Below, piece after piece: positions 9,609 to 19,793 of a DNA stretch of 64,000 nucleotides. The position numbers were made by a program, and so were the translations under genes. Below the pieces are notes generated by a model. It was not told the DNA's origin, did no database searches, and saw only the letters and a program-made list of their open reading frames with translations. Source of the DNA: a virus; the IMG/VR virus record IMGVR_UViG_3300032235_000467, one strand, 5' to 3'. The stretch's first letter is position 1. Each line of letters starts with the position of its first letter.

Positions 9609-11465
9609 ATGCCTGTTGATAAGTCACTTTTTCCTCGTTTAAAACGTTTATTTTCCACTGACGTTGTCGTAAGAAATGTTGGAGGTAAGCAACTGCGTGT
9701 AATGGACGTGGAGAGGATCCAATCTTTTGGCCAACTACAGACTAATTCACTGGTAGATAGGTTCACAAGGCTCCATAAAGCAGGCCAAAGGATGCAGTTT
9801 AACCCCACGTTAAACTACCAAACTCTTAGGTTGCAATTATATGCTGATTATGAGGCTATGGACACAGACGGATTGGTAGCCTCTGTATTAGATATTATAT
9901 GTGAAGAAGCTACTTTGAAGGGAGATACTAATGAAGTCCTTAAGATTAGAAGTTCCAATGAGAATATACAGAAAATTCTATACAACCTGTTTTATCAGGT
10001 ATTGAATATAGAATTTAATCTACCTATGTGGATTAGATCAATGTGTAAATACGGGGACTTCTTTTTAAAACTGGATATTGCTGAAAAGTTTGGAGTATAT
10101 GGAGTACGACCATTGTCAGTTTATGACATGATCCGTGAAGAAGGGCAGGATCCTAATAACCCTTCTTACATTAAATTCATATATGATCCAGTAGCTGTAG
10201 CTGGTGGCACCACTGCTACTAAAAATAAAGAGTCTTTTGAGAACTTTGAGATAGCCCACTTTAGGCTATTAACTGATACAAACTATCTTCCTTTTGGTAG
10301 GTCTTATATAGAGCCTGCAAGAAAGTATTTTAAGCAATATACCCTTATGATGGATGCTATGCTTTTGCATAGAATTATGAGGGCTCCTGAGAAGCGTGTA
10401 TTCTACATCAACGTAGGTAACATACCTCCTAACGAGGTAAATGCGTTTGTGCAACAAACTATTAATGGAATGAAAAAAACTCCATTTGTAGATAATCAGA
10501 CAGGAGACTACAACCTGAAGTTCAACGTACAGAACATGATGGAGGATTTCTATATCCCTGTAAGACCTGGAGATAATACCACAAAGATAGACACTACAAA
10601 AGGTTTGGAGTATGCCGGTATAGAAGACGTTGAGTTCCTTAGAGATCTCATGCTGGGATCTATGAAGGTACCAAAATCCTTCCTGAACTACTCAGACGAA
10701 CTTAATGGTAAATCAACTATCAGTGCGCTGGATGTAAGGTTTAGCCGTACAGTAGAAAGAATACAAAGAATTATTATTAGCGAATTAGAAAAGATAGCAA
10801 TTGTACATCTATATGTTCAAGGGTTTGAAGATGCAGATCTTTTGAATTTTGCCTTAGAATTAAACAATCCTTCTATAATATATGAACAAGAGAAGATAGC
10901 CTTGTTGAAAGAGAAGGTAGATCTTGCTGGTAATATTATGGATAAAAAGCTATTCTCATCCGATTGGATTGGAGATAAGATATTCCAAATGTCAGAAGAT
11001 CAGATTAACGAACAAAGGGATCTTATTGCTGAAGACGTTAAGAGAACATTTAGGTATAACCAGATTGAGAACGAAGGAAATGATCCATCAATATCTGGAG
11101 AATCATATGGTACTCCTCATGATCTTGCATCCGTATATTCAGACGGAGGTAAGGAAGATCCTAATTTGGACGTACCAGATCCATACAATGAGTTTGAAAA
11201 GACTCCTGTCGGAAGACCAAAAGAGAAAGCGTCTATTTACAAGACAGATAAGTCAGCTTTTGGTAGGGATCCTATGGGTTCTAAGGGAATGAAACCGAGC
11301 ACTCCTCTGGATAAAACTAGAGTAGATAAGGTTAAACCATTTGCGATGGAATCGGCTCTAAAAGGTCTGGAAGGTAAGAGGAAAAAGAAAATTGTTCTGT
11401 ATGAACAAAAAGATCAAGAATCTGGACTTTTAGATGAAAGTAACCTTATTAATCACGATATTTAG
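9609..11465 (+). CDS. Portal protein (T4 gp20-like)
   Basis: YEAMDTD...LDIICEEAT, FGRSYIEPAR, RIMRAPEKRVFYINVGNIPP and EDFYIPVR motifs characteristic of gp20-family portals. Confidence 0.93.
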   Translation: MPVDKSLFPRLKRLFSTDVVVRNVGGKQLRVMDVERIQSFGQLQTNSLVDRFTRLHKAGQRMQFNPTLNYQTLRLQLYADYEAMDTDGLVASVLDIICEEATLKGDTNEVLKIRSSNENIQKILYNLFYQVLNIEFNLPMWIRSMCKYGDFFLKLDIAEKFGVYGVRPLSVYDMIREEGQDPNNPSYIKFIYDPVAVAGGTTATKNKESFENFEIAHFRLLTDTNYLPFGRSYIEPARKYFKQYTLMMDAMLLHRIMRAPEKRVFYINVGNIPPNEVNAFVQQTINGMKKTPFVDNQTGDYNLKFNVQNMMEDFYIPVRPGDNTTKIDTTKGLEYAGIEDVEFLRDLMLGSMKVPKSFLNYSDELNGKSTISALDVRFSRTVERIQRIIISELEKIAIVHLYVQGFEDADLLNFALELNNPSIIYEQEKIALLKEKVDLAGNIMDKKLFSSDWIGDKIFQMSEDQINEQRDLIAEDVKRTFRYNQIENEGNDPSISGESYGTPHDLASVYSDGGKEDPNLDVPDPYNEFEKTPVGRPKEKASIYKTDKSAFGRDPMGSKGMKPSTPLDKTRVDKVKPFAMESALKGLEGKRKKKIVLYEQKDQESGLLDESNLINHDI

Positions 11466-11491
11466 TCATATTTATAGAAGATCAATATACA

Positions 11492-12334
11492 ATGAAGCTT
11501 AAACATAATAAACTTCGGAATACCGGCCTTTTATTTGAATTGCTTGTTAGGCAAATCACTAGTGATACGCTTAATAACAGGGAATCCAAAGCTGTGGATA
11601 TTCTGAAAAACAACTTTAACAATAATGCTATTGCTAAAGAATATAAGATATACAAGGCCTTATTGACAAATAAGAACCTATCTGAAGCCAAGGCTAATAT
11701 TGTCATTGAATCCGCTATAGAAGCGCATAAGAAGCTGAATAAGAGCCTCCTAAGTAGCCAGAAGTATAAGTTAATATCTCAGATTAAAGAGAACTACGAC
11801 ATAGAAGAGTTTTTTAAATCTAAGATTGATAACTATAAGACATTAGCATCTGTGTATATGCTGTTTGAGATGTACCAATCTGACAGTATTGACCCTCAAA
11901 ATGAGGTTAAATTTAAGTTTTCCATTATGGAAGACATTTGTGCTGGCATAAGAGAGGCTAAAAAAGACCCTGTATTGGAAGAATATGAGTCTTTTGATAA
12001 AGGAACTAAGGCTTTGGTATACAAATTGATGGTACAGAAGTTTAACGAGAAGTACAGCGAATTTAATACGAACCAAAAAAGACTGTTAAAAGAGTATATA
12101 AACAGCATAACAACTCCTGAGACTTTTAAGGAGTACGTAAACGAAGAGTTAGAAAAACTCAAAACAAAACTGACTACTTTATCTAAAAAAGTAAATGATG
12201 AAGTAAGAAAGATAAAAATACAAGAAGTTATAAATATAATTAAGCCGGTATCTCAGCATAAACAAGTTTGTGATTTGGATTTAGAAAACCTCCTCCACTA
12301 CTACGAACTGGAAAAAGAATTAGAAAATGTCTAA
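11492..12334 (+). CDS. Conserved head-assembly region protein
   Basis: 280 aa, helical; KHNKLRNTGLLFELLVRQITSD N-terminus; immediately follows the portal gene. Confidence 0.6.
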   Translation: MKLKHNKLRNTGLLFELLVRQITSDTLNNRESKAVDILKNNFNNNAIAKEYKIYKALLTNKNLSEAKANIVIESAIEAHKKLNKSLLSSQKYKLISQIKENYDIEEFFKSKIDNYKTLASVYMLFEMYQSDSIDPQNEVKFKFSIMEDICAGIREAKKDPVLEEYESFDKGTKALVYKLMVQKFNEKYSEFNTNQKRLLKEYINSITTPETFKEYVNEELEKLKTKLTTLSKKVNDEVRKIKIQEVINIIKPVSQHKQVCDLDLENLLHYYELEKELENV

Positions 12335-12560
12335 GAAGACTGTAAAAGAGATGTCCTCTACAGGAGGAGGAGCTCCTGCAGCTGATCAAGGACATGCTAA
12401 TCCAGGAGAAGGTGAAGGAATGGCTATGAAGTACGGATTTGGAGGTGCTGGTGGAACAAAAGCTAAAAGAAAAAAAGGAATAATAAAGAAAAAGTTTGCT
12501 GAGTCTAAAGACATTGACTTGGCTTTAGAGTATAAAAGACTATTTAAAAAGGAACTATAA
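12327..12560 (+). CDS. Small hypothetical protein
   Basis: 77 aa, Gly/Lys-rich; coupled to both neighbours. Confidence 0.5.
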   Translation: MSKKTVKEMSSTGGGAPAADQGHANPGEGEGMAMKYGFGGAGGTKAKRKKGIIKKKFAESKDIDLALEYKRLFKKEL

Positions 12561-13114
12561 TGACAACACAGCAATTATACCACAAAGTATTGAATGAGCA
12601 AATGACTGAATCAGAATTTCTTTGGCACGTTAGGAGAAACCCTGTGTACAATGAGATGTTGACTAATACTATGTCATACAAAGATACTGTATCCAAATTG
12701 AAAGGAAGAGGACATATATCTGACCCAAATCCTAAATCAGAAATAAAGACTGGGTATAACTTCTTTAGCACATTCAAAGCACTGCAAGAGTCTCTTACTG
12801 AAGGTAAGAAGCAAAAACTTAAAGGCGGAAAAGGCGACAAGCTTACCGCTGATCAAGTTAATTATTACGAGTTTACCAAAGGATGGAAGCATGAGCTTGA
12901 ACATACTGATGACATTGATAAAGCAAAAGAAATTGCTATAGATCATCTTGCTGAAGATCCAAACTATTATACCCGCCTTGAAATGATTGAGTTTAAAGCG
13001 AAGAAAAAAAATCGTACTGATCTTCCTATTGAACTTAAAAAAAGTAATTTCAAAGATCCGGGAAATCAAATGAAAAACGTCCCAAAGAAAAAATCTCCTA
13101 AAAAAGACAAATAA
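12560..13114 (+). CDS. Hypothetical protein with an HELEH...DHLAEDPNYY motif
   Basis: GWKHELEHTDDIDKAKEIAIDHLAEDPNYYTRL, a His/Glu motif recurrent in phage head regions (DUF5661-like by recollection). Confidence 0.55.
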   Translation: MTTQQLYHKVLNEQMTESEFLWHVRRNPVYNEMLTNTMSYKDTVSKLKGRGHISDPNPKSEIKTGYNFFSTFKALQESLTEGKKQKLKGGKGDKLTADQVNYYEFTKGWKHELEHTDDIDKAKEIAIDHLAEDPNYYTRLEMIEFKAKKKNRTDLPIELKKSNFKDPGNQMKNVPKKKSPKKDK

Positions 13115-13116
13115 AA

Positions 13117-16100
13117 ATGAGTCTTTACACAGAAATATATAATTTTTTTAATGAAGCACGTCCTAGTGGAACACGGACTGTTAATAAGGATGTTGAGGAT
13201 ATTGTAAAAGGAAGGTATGTTATGAAGGGAGAAGATCCCAAAGATGTAAGTAACATAGATAGTCCTAGAAGAGCCCAAAGAACTGCTCCTGCCAAACAAA
13301 ACGTAGCACAACTACCTACAGATAAACAAGGCAGGTCGTCTTTTGAAAAAGGTAAAGTACACGAAATTATCTTTAAAAATAAATTTAGAGGGCAAGCAAG
13401 AAAGTTTTTTACATTATATAGAAAAATATCAGAGGAAGACTATAAGAAAATAAGTAGAGAATTTGATATAAGTCCAAAAATATTCCCTTCTGACAAGGAA
13501 GAACATTTTGAAGACATATACTACCTTACCCCAGAAATGGGAATAAGTATTGAAAAAGAAGGTTTTTTTCCTTTAAGTAAAAAACAGCTAAAAGACGTAC
13601 AAGATAACTATCCAGAGTATGCAACAGACTTAAAACCTGTGTCTATGGAGGATGTGTTAAAAGGAGTAAATCTTAGATATTATTCCATTGATGAAATAAA
13701 AAAACAATGGGATATTAAAAAATCATATAGAGAAAAAAGAAAAGAAAAAGGTGATGAAAAATCACAAAAAGATGTAGAAAAAGATGAAAAAGTAAAAGAC
13801 GAAATAGGATCATTTTTAGCTAATAATGATGGTATTATAGCAAATATGATAAGCTCATTTAATAAAATGAGAGCTATAGGGGCAAAAAAAGATGCCATAG
13901 AGGAATACAAAGGGTTTTTAGATAAATTAGCTGATAGATTTGTAGAAAGGATTAGAAAAGAAAAAGTACCTGTACAAAATGGTGTATTTCAAAGATTAGG
14001 TGAAAAGCTAAAAGATAAACCACAAGTTTATGATATTATAAGAGATAAGTACGATGGAAAAACTTCTGCTGTAGCTCCTGGAACTAAAAAAGATAAGGTT
14101 GAACCAACAACTCAAAAAGACAAGAAAGATCCTTCTGCAAAAGAAAAACCTGAAAAAGGAGGAGCTTTAAGTGCCGAAGCTAAAGCAAAAAAATATATGC
14201 TAGATGGTACACATCAGTTTACCATAAACAATTTTATAAAAGCGTATGCCGCATCAGAAGAAAGGGATGAAAAAGGGGTGTATGTGAATGATAGAGAAGA
14301 GAGGCAATACCAAAGAAATAAAATGTTTGAGTTTATCCCAAAAATTATAAAACAAATATCTGATTATAGTGAGGCAGATGATGTGAGAGAGGAAATAATT
14401 AATAGCATAAAAGACAGGGTAGTGGCTATAGTAGGAAAAGGACCAGAGAGTGAGGAGTTAAATAATATATTAAGTAAAGCATACGATAATATGAAAAAGA
14501 AACAGGTAAAAGAAGCAAATATAACAGAAGCATCAAAAAAATATCTTGTAAAAACAAAACCAGGAAGTAGAGCTGATTCTGTTTATAAAAAAGACAAGAA
14601 AGATCAAAACAAAGATGCCGAAGGTAAGCCTATTCCTGGAGAATATATAGTTAATTTAGATGATGATCAAATACCAAAATTAAATGCCAAAGGCATGAAA
14701 GATATGGGTGTCATATCAACAAATCCATATGTACCAGAACCAAAAACAGCAACTGAAAAAACTCCGGACGAAATGTCTTATAAAGTTTCTACAAAGGTAG
14801 GAACCGGAAGAGAACAAGACGGGAACATGACAGGAAAAAATATAGTTAAATATTTAAAAACAAATCCAGAATATAGTAATATATCTTTTAAAGACTTAAA
14901 AGAAAAAGAGCCTTACAAAATAAAAGGAAAAGAAGGACAAGATATTGTTATTACTATAAAAAGTTTAACTCCTTTTGCACAATTTGGAAAAAGAACTGTT
15001 TTTGGTACAAAAGATACAAAAGAAGACGAACCAGAAACTAGAAAAGTAAGCGTTAGGATTCCATACCAAACTCCACAGACAATAACATATGCTGTAAATA
15101 AAGGAGTTAAAATGGCTAAACAAAATACTTCTGGACTTTCCTTAAAGTATTATGTAGTAAATACTGAAAAGAAAGAGATAGTAAAAGGGTTTGATAACTG
15201 GGGGGAGGCAAAAAAAGCAGCCCAAAGTATGGGACCTAAGTTTAAAGCTATGCAAAGAGGAGAAATTACTTCAGCAGGTATAAACGAAGCACTCTCTAAA
15301 GAAGACATAGCTAAATTAAAAAGTACTAGAGTGTCTTTTACTATCCAAAGTGATTTAGATCCAAATAAACAATTTAATATATCAGACAACGTAAGAGAAG
15401 TAAAAGAAGAAGAAGGAAAAGTAGTATTAGTTCTTTCTGAAGCCGGTGTTGTAACTTTTGATAAAGAAGGAACTGGTGTATTTAAATACAGTAAAGACAA
15501 TAAAGAGTATCAAGCTCTTAATGTACCATCTGATTTAAATTCTATAGTTAAAAAAGCTTTAGCTCCAAAAGAAGACAAAAAAGAACCTGAGTCTCAATTA
15601 GAAGCCTACATACGTAAACGTATCCGTCAAGCTATTAAAGAAGCAGAAGTAAGTCAGTATTGGGGATACCAAGGTAAAGATGTAAAAAAAAAGCGTCTTG
15701 AAGAGTATCTAAAGAGGTATGAGTGGGGATTCCAAGATAGTGAAAACCCTTATACACACTCTAACGGAAGCGCTATACATGCTATAGTTTCTAAACTTGT
15801 ACATGAATTAGCAGCAATGGGCGTAGACGCAATAGCAATATTCAATTCCTACGCACCTAAAGGATACCAAGTATCAGATCTAAATCAATTAGATTATGCT
15901 TCTGACTCTCCATTAGGGTCTCAGCTTACTCAGCCATATAACCCAGACTCTTTAACTGCTAGAGGCGGTAGGATAGCTGAGGCTAACGAAAAAGAAATAG
16001 ACTCTATGTTTGCTGACAATGTCCCAATGGACCAGCAGCTTAAAAATGCTGAAGAGTTAGCTACTGATTACATGAGAGATAGAACATTGTCTCAAGGAAT

Positions 16101-16257
16101 ACAAAAAAATCCTAATTTAGGTCACGTAGAAAAAACAATAGTAAAGTTTATACAAAAAGCCTCAGAAGAAGGAACTAGAAAAGATATAGATCCTAAAAGT
16201 AAAATACTACAAGCACTACGGGTAATATCCGATAGACAAATGAACAAATATAGATAA
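13117..16257 (+). CDS. Large Lys/Glu-rich protein, probable internal head or core protein
   Basis: 1046 aa, highly charged, segmented by FNE/ITE/INE/IKE/IAE motifs; lies between portal and prohead protease. Confidence 0.55.
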   Translation: MSLYTEIYNFFNEARPSGTRTVNKDVEDIVKGRYVMKGEDPKDVSNIDSPRRAQRTAPAKQNVAQLPTDKQGRSSFEKGKVHEIIFKNKFRGQARKFFTLYRKISEEDYKKISREFDISPKIFPSDKEEHFEDIYYLTPEMGISIEKEGFFPLSKKQLKDVQDNYPEYATDLKPVSMEDVLKGVNLRYYSIDEIKKQWDIKKSYREKRKEKGDEKSQKDVEKDEKVKDEIGSFLANNDGIIANMISSFNKMRAIGAKKDAIEEYKGFLDKLADRFVERIRKEKVPVQNGVFQRLGEKLKDKPQVYDIIRDKYDGKTSAVAPGTKKDKVEPTTQKDKKDPSAKEKPEKGGALSAEAKAKKYMLDGTHQFTINNFIKAYAASEERDEKGVYVNDREERQYQRNKMFEFIPKIIKQISDYSEADDVREEIINSIKDRVVAIVGKGPESEELNNILSKAYDNMKKKQVKEANITEASKKYLVKTKPGSRADSVYKKDKKDQNKDAEGKPIPGEYIVNLDDDQIPKLNAKGMKDMGVISTNPYVPEPKTATEKTPDEMSYKVSTKVGTGREQDGNMTGKNIVKYLKTNPEYSNISFKDLKEKEPYKIKGKEGQDIVITIKSLTPFAQFGKRTVFGTKDTKEDEPETRKVSVRIPYQTPQTITYAVNKGVKMAKQNTSGLSLKYYVVNTEKKEIVKGFDNWGEAKKAAQSMGPKFKAMQRGEITSAGINEALSKEDIAKLKSTRVSFTIQSDLDPNKQFNISDNVREVKEEEGKVVLVLSEAGVVTFDKEGTGVFKYSKDNKEYQALNVPSDLNSIVKKALAPKEDKKEPESQLEAYIRKRIRQAIKEAEVSQYWGYQGKDVKKKRLEEYLKRYEWGFQDSENPYTHSNGSAIHAIVSKLVHELAAMGVDAIAIFNSYAPKGYQVSDLNQLDYASDSPLGSQLTQPYNPDSLTARGGRIAEANEKEIDSMFADNVPMDQQLKNAEELATDYMRDRTLSQGIQKNPNLGHVEKTIVKFIQKASEEGTRKDIDPKSKILQALRVISDRQMNKYR

Positions 16258-16268
16258 TTATAAATAAC

Positions 16269-16877
16269 ATGCAAGTACTTACAGAATACCATCAGATACA
16301 ACTACCAAACCAGCTCCTAGAAGCATATCAGCCAGGTAAACCTATGATAATCCCAGGAGTGGTTATACAGCGTTCTAATGCTAAGAACAGGAACGGTAGA
16401 GTATACCCTGCAGACGTATTGAAAAGGGAGATAGATAAGTACAATGATACTATGGTTAAGACCAATCGTGCTTTAGGAGAACTAGATCACAGTGATTCTA
16501 ACGTAGTTAATCTAAAGAATGTATCACACAATATAAAGAAGATATACTGGAAAGGAGATGATGTATGTGGAGATATTGAAATACTTGATGGGGATGAGTT
16601 CCCAGCAGGCCGTATAGCCGCAGGATTGCTTCGTAGAGGCATTCCAGTAGGAATTAGCTCAAGAGGTATGGGTAGTGTACACGAGGGAAATGATGGTACT
16701 GTTACTGTTAATGACGATTTTAACCTTCTTACGTTTGATTTAGTATCCTTTGAGTCAACTCAAGGAGCTAATTTAAGTCTAAAAGAAGGGTATGAAGCAG
16801 CTAAAGCTTCTTATAATAATATTGATCGTATAGTTAAAGATTTAATTTGCAACAATACTGGCGTCTGCCATTGCTAA
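16269..16877 (+). CDS. Prohead core protease (T4 gp21-like)
   Basis: NRNGRVYP, ALGELDH (catalytic His), VSHNI, GISSRGMGS (catalytic Ser) and TFDLV. Confidence 0.93.
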   Translation: MQVLTEYHQIQLPNQLLEAYQPGKPMIIPGVVIQRSNAKNRNGRVYPADVLKREIDKYNDTMVKTNRALGELDHSDSNVVNLKNVSHNIKKIYWKGDDVCGDIEILDGDEFPAGRIAAGLLRRGIPVGISSRGMGSVHEGNDGTVTVNDDFNLLTFDLVSFESTQGANLSLKEGYEAAKASYNNIDRIVKDLICNNTGVCHC

Positions 16878-17030
16878 TTAAAAAATATTTACAAAAAGAT
16901 TGGTTTTTATAATTTCTATATATTTATTATAGAAATATTCGCCTAATACTCTTTTTTTTATAAAGAGTTGAAATATAACAATTCTATTGCACCTCTAATA
17001 GGCGTAAATCCAAAAAAAAATTTTAAGGAA

Positions 17031-18053
17031 ATGAACACAAACTTGCTTAAAGAAGCAATCGCAGAAGCGGATGCTATCAAAAAAATGGCTATTGAAAACG
17101 CAAAGTCTAGTCTGAACGAAGCTTTTGACTCTAAAATCAAATCTATGATGGCAGCACGTCTTGAAGAAGAAGCTGAAGATTTTGATCTTGAAGAAGAGTA
17201 CGAAGAAGGATATGAAGACGATCAAGACGAAGCTAAACATGCTGAACCAGATGGTGACGAACCAGATGGCGATGAAGAGCCAATGAAAGAAAAGTATGAT
17301 GATGAAGAAGAAGAAGGAGCTGATGAAGCTTTTAATCTTGAGGCTATTCTAGCAGAACTCGAAGCCGGAGATGATAAAGATAAAGTGATGGAAAAGAAAG
17401 GTGAAGACGATGATGATGCTGAAGAAGAAGAAGATGACGAGCCTGCTAAAGAAGAAGAGCCTATGGATGAAGAAATCGATATTGCTGCACTTCTTGCTGA
17501 AATGGAAGATGGTGAAGATGATATGGATCCTGAAATAAAAGAAGAAAAAGATCCTGAAGAAGATGACAAAGACGAAGTTGCAACTCTTGAAGAAGAGATG
17601 ATGAGTCTTCTGGAAAAAATGAAGGAAAAGAAAATGGCTAAAATGAAGAAAAAAGAAGAAGACGAAAAGCCTGAATCTAAAGAACTTCAAGAAATCAAGC
17701 GTCAAGCTGCTGAGTTAGCTCAAAAGGTTAACGAAACCAATTTGATCAACGCCAAACTTCTTTATCTGAATAAAATTCTTCGCAAGTACAACTTGTCAGA
17801 ACAACAAAAGATTAAGGTTATCGGTGCTTTTGACAAAGCTCAAACTGTTAATGAATCAAAGATCGTTCACGAATCATTGGATCAAGCATTCAGTGTTAAA
17901 AACGATAACGTTAAATCCGGTCTTAAAGAATCTATCGGTTTCGCTTCTAGCGCAGCTGGTACTTCAACAAAGCGTGTTATAAATGAAGGCGTAGTTAGCG
18001 ATGTTGACAAACAAGTGTCAAGGTGGCAAAAACTTGCTGGTATAATCAAGTAA
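17031..18053 (+). CDS. Prohead scaffold/core protein
   Basis: Extremely acidic coiled-coil protein between protease and MCP. ATG 17031 (MNTNLLKEAIAEA) is preferred over the TTG at 16968. Confidence 0.8.
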   Translation: MNTNLLKEAIAEADAIKKMAIENAKSSLNEAFDSKIKSMMAARLEEEAEDFDLEEEYEEGYEDDQDEAKHAEPDGDEPDGDEEPMKEKYDDEEEEGADEAFNLEAILAELEAGDDKDKVMEKKGEDDDDAEEEEDDEPAKEEEPMDEEIDIAALLAEMEDGEDDMDPEIKEEKDPEEDDKDEVATLEEEMMSLLEKMKEKKMAKMKKKEEDEKPESKELQEIKRQAAELAQKVNETNLINAKLLYLNKILRKYNLSEQQKIKVIGAFDKAQTVNESKIVHESLDQAFSVKNDNVKSGLKESIGFASSAAGTSTKRVINEGVVSDVDKQVSRWQKLAGIIK

Positions 18054-18081
18054 TTTAAAAAACAAAAATAAAAATTAGAAA

Positions 18082-19713
18082 ATGAACGTACAATCTCTCT
18101 TAGAAAGTTCTAACCCCTACGCTTCCCAAATGACGGAAGCCCAAAGGTTGGTTAAGAAGTGGGGTGAAACTGGCCTTTTGGAAGGTAATGACCTTGCAAA
18201 GCAAGCATACGGTAAAGAGCGTATGGCTATCATCCTTGAAAACCAAGCTAAACAGCTTATGGTTGAGCAATCTCAAACTGGTACTGGTGGTACTTTTACC
18301 GTAGGTGCTGGTGAACAATGGGCTGGTGTAGCTCTTCCGCTCGTGCGTAAGATCTTCGCTGACATTTCTGCTAAAGAATTTGTTAGTGTACAGCCTATGA
18401 CCCTCCCTGCTGGTCTTGTATTCTTCCTTGAATTCAAGTATGGCAAAAACATCCCAGGTACTCCACAGCAAAATCGTTTTAGCGTTGGTGACAGCATGTA
18501 TGGAACAACCAATGTGAAAGATGTTGATCCTTCTGGTGGTTTGTATGGTGCTGGTCGCTTTGGTTATTCAATTAACGAAGCTTCTGCATCTATTACTTAC
18601 ACTATTACTAGTGCATCTGCTGCTGACGTGAATTTTAATTCACTATATAGTGCATCTGCTGCTGCTGGTCAATTGCGTAAGTTGTCTTTTGTTAATGCAT
18701 CTGTTACTGCATCTGGCATGGATACTAATGGTGTTCGTGGATTTATTGTAACTGGTAGCGGTGTTAACGAGTCTAACTTGTTTGCTGAGTTTACTTCTTA
18801 CAATGCTTCTTCAAATATCCTTTCTTTTGTAGTTAGTGGTTCTGCTGGACAGCTTGCTCTTGGAAGTGGTTCTGCTTTCCTTTTCTATCAAAAGCAACCT
18901 GCTGATAACAGCCGTGGTGACTTTGAAGATGCAGCATCTACTCCATTGACTGGTTCTAACTCAATCCCTGAGATCAACGTAGAAATGCGTTCTGAGGCAG
19001 TTGTTGCTAAAACTAGGAAATTAAAAGCTAAGTGGACTCCAGAATTTAGTCAAGATTTGAATGCATACCAATCTTTGGATGCTGAAGCTGAATTGACTTC
19101 AACTCTGTCTGAGTACATTTCTCTTGAAATCGACCTTGAGATCATCGACATGTTGATCCAAAATGCAAACACTACTGAATACTGGTCTGCTGCGAACAAT
19201 ACGTTCTACAATAAGGCAACTGGTGTTTGGAGCGCTCCTACAACTGGATTCTACAATACACAAGGTGGCTGGTTTGCTACATTGGGTACTAAGATCCAAA
19301 GCGTAGCTCGTACTATTCACAAGAAAACTCTCCGTGGTCAAGCTAACGTAATCATGTGCGGACCTTCTATCGCTACAATCATCGAATCTATCCCTGGCTA
19401 TGCCGCTGATACCGATGGTAGCAAAGAAGAATTTGCAATGGGTTCACACAAAGCTGGTCAGTTGAACAGTCGTTACAAAGTGTATGTTAACCCATACATG
19501 AATGAGAACACTCTTCTTTTGGCTTATAAAGGTAGCCAGTTCCTTGAAACAGGTGCTGTGTTTGCTCCTTATATTCCATTGATCATGACTCCTTTGTTGT
19601 ACGATCCAGAAACTTTCACTCCAAGGAAAGGTCTGATGACTAGGTATGCTAAGAAAATGTTGCGTGCTGAATTCTTCGGAAAGATAGCCGTAGCTGATTT
19701 GAACACTATCTAA
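18082..19713 (+). CDS. Major capsid protein (T4 gp23-like)
   Basis: KWGETGLLEG, LPLVRKIF, VSVQPMTLPAGLVFFL, TRKLKAKWTPEFSQDLNAYQSLDAEAEL, APYIPL and FTPRKGLMTRYA motifs; strongly biased codon use. Confidence 0.96.
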   Translation: MNVQSLLESSNPYASQMTEAQRLVKKWGETGLLEGNDLAKQAYGKERMAIILENQAKQLMVEQSQTGTGGTFTVGAGEQWAGVALPLVRKIFADISAKEFVSVQPMTLPAGLVFFLEFKYGKNIPGTPQQNRFSVGDSMYGTTNVKDVDPSGGLYGAGRFGYSINEASASITYTITSASAADVNFNSLYSASAAAGQLRKLSFVNASVTASGMDTNGVRGFIVTGSGVNESNLFAEFTSYNASSNILSFVVSGSAGQLALGSGSAFLFYQKQPADNSRGDFEDAASTPLTGSNSIPEINVEMRSEAVVAKTRKLKAKWTPEFSQDLNAYQSLDAEAELTSTLSEYISLEIDLEIIDMLIQNANTTEYWSAANNTFYNKATGVWSAPTTGFYNTQGGWFATLGTKIQSVARTIHKKTLRGQANVIMCGPSIATIIESIPGYAADTDGSKEEFAMGSHKAGQLNSRYKVYVNPYMNENTLLLAYKGSQFLETGAVFAPYIPLIMTPLLYDPETFTPRKGLMTRYAKKMLRAEFFGKIAVADLNTI

Positions 19714-19733
19714 TCAGATGAGGAAATAAAATG

Positions 19734-19761
19734 AAAGAGCCGGGTTTATCCCGGCTTTTTT
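19734..19761 (+). terminator. Rho-independent terminator after the MCP gene
   Basis: AGCCGGG-TTTAT-CCCGGCT stem-loop followed by a T run. Confidence 0.9.
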
Positions 19762-19793
19762 ATTATTACAATCTATTTATATAAAACTAGTTT

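Noticed and set aside
16968-17030. Upstream alternative starts given in the ORF track (also 36117, 48548, 60763)
   Set aside because: Downstream ATGs (17031, 36207, 48581, 60784) have A-rich or stop-coupled contexts and, for the last three, avoid overlap with the preceding gene.
7982-19713. Introns or inteins in terminase, portal or MCP
   Set aside because: All are continuous, of ordinary length, and show no intein or homing endonuclease motifs.
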